Shown in pieces: positions 55,111 to 64,000 of a stretch of 64,000 nt of DNA (position 1 is the stretch's first letter; each line of letters opens with the position of its first letter). This DNA is from the human T2T-CHM13v2.0 reference genome, Homo sapiens: assembly GCF_009914755.1 (NCBI RefSeq), contig NC_060936.1, one strand, 5' to 3'. The translations under genes and the position numbers were made by a program. A model generated the notes under the pieces. The model saw nothing but the letters and a program-made list of their open reading frames with translations, was not told where the DNA came from and searched no databases.

Positions 55111-56099
55111 ATTTAAGATCTGTACATGTTTAAAAAATGTTAGAATGCAAATAAGTTGGGAAAATGTGATAAAGGGTTTTTTATAAAAAATAACTCATAC
55201 AAATTGATAAGGAAAATAGTCAATCTGCAAAAAATAGATGAGCACAGAACATTTAGAGACAATTTATAAATGAAGAAAATATATCTGGTGAAAACACTCT
55301 TGAAAAAATGCTCAAATCCAATAGTAAGAAAAAATTGCATAACAGTAAGATACTATTTTTGTCTTTCAGATTATCAAGGCTTAAAAAATTATAATGCCAG
55401 TGCTGACAAGAGTGTGGTTTAAAGGGCATCCTTATTTGTTGCTAGTGGCAATGTCAGCTACTACTGACAACATTATTTGAAAGGCAATAGTGTGTATCAG
55501 GACCTTTAAAATATATGGACATATTTATCCTTTAAGTCTAACCTTCATCCTTTCTTCATAAGTTTTACAAATACTGTATGCATTTCTGTGGTAGGTAAGT
55601 GATAAACTTACTAAGCTTAAAATGAACAGAATCTTAGATGAGGTTTCTTTTCATTTTCTGTTTTTAAGAGGAGTTGCTTTGGTTTGGCCTCTAAACAAGA
55701 AGAGCACAAATCTTGCTGCCTACACAGTTGATATTTGGAACTATTCTAGTGGTTCTATTTAATTTTCAAAACCGGGTTATGAAATGGAGAATTAACCACT
55801 TTTTACAGATAAGGAAACAAGATTAGAAGTATTTTACATGTGGTTTTAGAAGGGTGTTTACTGAATGAACTGTTTTATAAGATGTATTACTGCTGGTCTC
55901 ATGTTTTATTATCATACTGTACCCCTGGTGGAAATCAACCTAAGAAACTCTTTTGTATTTAAAAATGGAAATAATTACTGTGCCTTTGAATTGAAGTAAT
56001 CTACAAAAGAAATGTGGTCCAGACTTTAGACTTTGTTGGGACTGTGATGATCATTTCTGGCTTTTGGCAATCTGGATCTGAACCTTTGGTTTTATTTAG

Positions 56100-56222
<123 letters not shown>

Positions 56223-56244
56223 TAGGTTATAGCTTTATGCGTAG

Positions 56245-56397
<153 letters not shown>

Positions 56398-56983
56398 TAA
56401 AATTTGCTATTTGTTAATTTAATAAATCCCTCTTAGTAATTAGTTATAATTCAGTTAAATTAATTTGGTATATCTGTAAGGGTAGCTTCTTAAGCTGTTT
56501 TTTTCAGAGATGTGATTCTGTCAGGAAAAAGGTTGATTGTGTTTAAAAAAAAAAAAAAAACTATCCTTAAAATCAACCTTTTGAATACTTTAAATCAGGG
56601 TCATGAACACCAGAACCTCTAAAGGCCAGGCAGGTAACAGAAAGGAATGAGATTGGCCAGTGGGGACTCATCTACAGGGGAGAGCCACTACTCATATTCA
56701 CCAAAGGTATTGCCCAATCTTCCCATTTCTCAAAAAAAGCTAGAAATACAGAATTTGTTAGAAATACCTTGATTTTTAAATGTTAACTGTTAATTGTTTT
56801 TTACATTGTTATTTACAGACCAAATAAAAGCATCTGTGGGCCATAAGTAACCAATGAGCCACAAATCTATGACATCTGCTTCAGACTCTTAGCCTTTTTG
56901 AAGCAATAATCTCAAAAGAAAATACATTGTGTATAATATTATGATTCTATATTAACAACAGTAATATATTTTCCTATTTCTAG

Positions 56984-57023
56984 GATTAGCTTATAATGAA
57001 GAACAAATCCACAAATTTGATAA
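56984..57023 (+). CDS. TBK1: TBK1 exon 16
   Basis: TAG acceptor, AA|GTAAGT, 40 nt. Confidence 0.95.
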
Positions 57024-57548
57024 GTAAGTATCCAGATTATGTTTAATAGTTATTTTTGGTGCTATTTTGGTTATCTTTATTAATATGATTCTTCTTAAAG
57101 TTGAAATTAATTACAATTTAAAAATACATTTTAATCTTGATTTTACAGGATTGTTACAATATGTAGACATTTTTGAGGTTCACACATCTGCTCCCTAATT
57201 GGGAAGTTACCATGATGGGAGAAGGAGGGGGGAGAAAGATTACCATTTCAGTCAGTCAGCTTCTGCCTCATATGCTCTGATTACAGAAGTACAGATAATA
57301 CAGCACATAGGCAAGGGCAGACTTAACTACCGTCTTAATTTTAACCGCATTCAATAGGCATTTTTTTTACATCCATTTTGAACCTTCTCTTTATCTTCTT
57401 GCTGCTATAATGTCTATCTTAGAAACGTTTACTTTCTCCTGTAAATATTCTAAAGCCACAACAATCATTATAGGAAAGATACATTTCATATATTTGAAAA
57501 TTTCTAAATATTGAAAGTAGAAACAGTGACATTGGTTTAAGCCTCTGA

Positions 57549-57668
<120 letters not shown>

Positions 57669-57779
57669 TGAGTAAACTTCTTTTGGAGTGATTAGTGGTT
57701 GACTGCACAATATAAATGTATATTTGAAGTAAGAATGCTTCACTAGACTGCATATCAATTGATTCTTTTTGGTTTTCAG

Positions 57780-57876
57780 AAAGATGCTTCATCTTAGGAA
57801 ACAGTTATTATCGCTGACTAATCAGTGTTTTGATATTGAAGAAGAAGTATCAAAATATCAAGAATATACTAATGAG
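57780..57876 (+). CDS. TBK1: TBK1 exon 18
   Basis: CAG acceptor, GAG|GTAGGT, 97 nt. Confidence 0.96.
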
Positions 57877-58223
57877 GTAGGTACAGCTGTCAAGGAAAAA
57901 TTAAAATTCTTCTCAGTTTATAACTGATAGTGATTGACAAGGGAGAAATGGGATAGAATGTGCCTACATTCAGTTCCACCCACCAATTTTTAATATGTAT
58001 TTTGAGCCAAGTTTTAAGAATGTAGATGTTTTACAACTAAAAACAGCTGATAAACCATCCTTTTATCAACTGTATGAAAAGTTTCTTTCTTAAAAGGGTG
58101 TTGATTTAAGTATTGTATCATCGATAGTTTTGAAATCAAAATTTAAAGTTTTTTTAAAGGACTTATTAAAAGCTGTAACACTTGATGTCAGATCTGTAGT
58201 AAGTACTTTTGTTCTGTGATTAA

Positions 58224-58373
<150 letters not shown>

Positions 58374-58559
58374 TAAGAAACTCATCATTTGGAAACTGTA
58401 GTGTTTCCATTTGCTTTCATTGCAGTTTGTGCTTTTGCTCTTACATTTTGAAATTTTTTATGTTTGTTGTAATACAATGTTTAATAAGGTTATCTATTGA
58501 CCAGTTAAAAGAAAATAAAACATAAACATCATTCTAAAACATTTGCATACTGTTTTTGA

Positions 58560-58658
<99 letters not shown>

Positions 58659-59291
58659 TGAGTAATGCAAAAATAATTACTGTGATTTTCTGTGCAATTG
58701 AGTTCATTCACATCTGTACTTATATCTTCCTGTATCAATAGATTCAGCAGTGGTAAAGGGTCATAAAGTCAGAACTCATGTTTTTCTCTCTATGATTGTG
58801 TATCTGTGATGCCTTTTAATGGTTGATTAGTTCCATTTTATAGAAGCACTGGTTAATCGAATTACTTATTTGAATCAGTTTGTAAAGATCAAACTCTATT
58901 TACATTATTTTTATAACTTAATTCATTGGAATCATAATTTTCAATTTGGTGAATCAGAGTTGCTTTTTAAGATACCAGCACTTTGGTGCTGAGTAGCTTA
59001 CGGGGTCCTCTGCACACCTCCTTGCAGGTGAAAGCCACAGGTAAATGCAGTACTTTGAGGAGTTAGGTGTCTGCTTATTATCTGCAAAATCCTAATAGAT
59101 AAGGCCAAAGAGATTTGAAAGCCTGCAGAGGCAATAAAGCAATTTTTGGATGGCAGTTTTCCTTATCCTGATTCCTCAGAGAAATTAAGTCATATTTGGC
59201 TCTGTAATAGAACCTTTTCTTTTTCAAGCCCTTAGGTTCTCCTCTATAGGTTCTCAAACGCTTGTAATGCTAATAAAAATATTTCACATTT

Positions 59292-59641
<350 letters not shown>

Positions 59642-59648
59642 TTACTAA

Positions 59649-59966
<318 letters not shown>

Positions 59967-60281
59967 AATTTTGTTCTTTAAAAGGGTGCATGTTATAGTC
60001 CTAAGCAGATAAAACCTATGCATTTGGCAACATTGAATGTATAACATCTTTTAAACATTCGCCAATTTGTTTAGTAAAAACCGAGATCTTATTTTAATTT
60101 ATATTTCTGTGGTTTATAGTGATGTCAAACATCGTTTAATATGTTTGTTCAATTTTCATTTTTGGGGAGAGTTACTCGTTAACTTTAAAAAATATTTTCC
60201 TTGTTTATAGTAATTATCTAACTTTTATAGTATCCAGTTTACAGTTTCTTCAGAACTTTAGCTAAATCCTTTTAGGCTTAA

Positions 60282-60617
<336 letters not shown>

Positions 60618-61256
60618 AAAGATGTGCTTTTAACTTTTATATTTAACTACTTATGCCTTGTGGAATAAAATCCCAACTTCCTAAACCACATTTAGTAAGT
60701 CAGTTCCTCCTGTGTTTTATTTGCAGGTTTCTTGACAATATATAGGTGATATAACATGGCATAATCTTAACGTAAATGTTAAGTGACAAAACTAGTAATG
60801 GAAGCCAGATTTTGTTCAGAGTATTATACTACTCTGTCTCCATGTGGATAACCCACTATCACTTCAAATTTTTTTTTGAATCTAAAATCATCTGTCCCAA
60901 CTCAGTTTTCTCTCTGCTCCTTATCCTGTTCAAAGGTACCACCTTTCTCCTACTCCCTTAAACATAAATTATTTTAGACACTTAATCTTCTTTATACCCT
61001 CTCAACAAGTTTGGCTCCCATATTTCCCCTCGTCACCCTCATTCAGATCTCCTTTCCCTTTCATATGTGATATATGGTAATAACCTATTTTTTTTCTTAA
61101 CCCCAAGCTCTTCCCATCTGTCATGGGTATTACAGCCAAAATCATCTTTCAGAATACTGATGTAATCGTATGACTTCTTTGGCTCAAAAGTTTCTAAACT
61201 CCTGTTACCTAAAAAGTCAAGTCTAAATTTATACTTCAATTCAAAGAGTGTAATAG

Positions 61257-61739
<483 letters not shown>

Positions 61740-61952
61740 TGACAGTTTCTTAATTACATCATTACATCGGTTTTTCATGTATTTATGATAATACCATGCT
61801 GTTCCAGTAAGAAATAGAACAAATCATAGTTACTTAAACTCTTTAAAAATAAATAGCTATTTATTCCTCTGAAAAGTATTTTAAGGTTGGGGGCCTTTAT
61901 ACATAAATGCAACTTTTGAGATTACCTTTTTTTCTTTGTGTGTGTGTTTTAG

Positions 61953-62004
61953 GTTTGGCTCTTTAACCATGGATGGTGGCCTTCGCAACGTTGACTGTCT
62001 TTAG
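61953..62004 (+). CDS. TBK1: TBK1 exon 21 coding part (FGSLTMDGGLRNVDCL*)
   Basis: TAG acceptor, stop TAG 62002-62004. Confidence 0.97.
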
Positions 62005-62709
62005 CTTTCTAATAGAAGTTTAAGAAAAGTTTCCGTTTGCACAAGAAAATAACGCTTGGGCATTAAATGAATGCCTTTATAGATAGTCACTTGTTTCTAC
62101 AATTCAGTATTTGATGTGGTCGTGTAAATATGTACAATATTGTAAATACATAAAAAATATACAAATTTTTGGCTGCTGTGAAGATGTAATTTTATCTTTT
62201 AACATTTATAATTATATGAGGAAATTTGACCTCAGTGATCACGAGAAGAAAGCCATGACCGACCAATATGTTGACATACTGATCCTCTACTCTGAGTGGG
62301 GCTAAATAAGTTATTTTCTCTGACCGCCTACTGGAAATATTTTTAAGTGGAACCAAAATAGGCATCCTTACAAATCAGGAAGACTGACTTGACACGTTTG
62401 TAAATGGTAGAACGGTGGCTACTGTGAGTGGGGAGCAGAACCGCACCACTGTTATACTGGGATAACAATTTTTTTGAGAAGGATAAAGTGGCATTATTTT
62501 ATTTTACAAGGTGCCCAGATCCCAGTTATCCTTGTATCCATGTAATTTCAGATGAATTATTAAGCAAACATTTTAAAGTGAATTCATTATTAAAAACTAT
62601 TCATTTTTTTCCTTTGGCCATAAATGTGTAATTGTCATTAAAATTCTAAGGTCATTTCAACTGTTTTAAGCTGTATTTCTTTAATTCTGCTTACTATTTC
62701 ATGGAAAAA

Positions 62710-62715
62710 AATAAA
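62710..62715 (+). terminator. TBK1 polyadenylation signal
   Basis: AATAAA with GU-rich downstream element (catgtgtttctttgt); ATTAAA variants at about 62589 and 62637. Confidence 0.8.
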
Positions 62716-62905
62716 TTTCTCAATTTTAATGTAAAGAGTTCATGTGTTTCTTTGTATCCAGTTTGTGAAACAAAAGTTATCTTTTGAAAGTAACAATATA
62801 GATGATAATCATAAACTACTCAGAATATTGGATCTAGGGACAATTTTGTGTCTCTTCTAAACCCACTAATTCTAAATTTAGTATGAAGTTCTTTCATATA
62901 CTTAG

Positions 62906-63410
<505 letters not shown>

Positions 63411-64000
63411 TAAAGAGAAATAAATTTGTCTACCAAGAACATCAGTAACTTCATCAGTTTTAAGAAATGATTAGGATCTTAAGTGAGATTATGATGCATT
63501 ATTGTAGTGGAGAATTTTAAGCGTCATATGTACACGTAACAAGTAAATGCAAGGGTGAATGCCTTTATTTAAATAATACAGTTATCCACTGTCAGTTACC
63601 TGTTTAGTTTGAGAGTGTGTGGGGCAAGGAAGTATTTAATCCCTCTTTATTTTAATTTTCCATTTGACCGTCTAATATGGGTATCTTGTATAGTTTAAAA
63701 GCTTGTATCACTGAATATTAGGTAAAATTTTACTCAAATTATGTGATTATTTGATATATTTGCCAATTTAGTTTTTATTTCAGCACCTCTAGCAAACAAC
63801 ACCAATAAATAGAACCTTTATGTGGCGATTGTATTTTTATTAATAGTATTGATAGGAATATATCTATTCCACAGTAGTATTTTTTGAGATTTACTCTTTT
63901 ATTTCCCCCTTACAGTGACATGGAAGAGAAGCATTCTTGCTTTCAGTATTTTACCCTCAAAAATGCATCCTCATTCAAAACATTTATTTTTCAAAACATT

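Overview
Primate (human-like) genomic DNA containing the complete + strand TBK1 gene. I traced 21 exons by hand: non-coding exon 1 in a CpG island, ATG at 16496, stop ending at 62004, 2190-nt CDS (729 aa), all introns GT-AG. Upstream lie the last two coding exons and 3' UTR of XPOT (exportin-T), same strand, ending about 1 kb before the TBK1 promoter. An XPOT intron holds an antisense MRPS25 processed pseudogene that landed inside an L1 and was later hit by Alus. The rest is rich in Alu, L1, L2, MIR, LTR and DNA-transposon relics, and nearly all ORF-track entries are repeat-derived noise. I found no evidence of a wholly new biological system. The most notable observations are an 89-bp templated insertion copied across exon 6, an out-of-frame ATG that becomes in-frame if exons 3-6 are skipped, paired ARE motifs and a CLEAR-like E-box at the TBK1 promoter, inverted Alu pairs, and a possible ancient integrase relic. 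Gene and repeat names come from recalled sequences, not searches; repeat boundaries are approximate.
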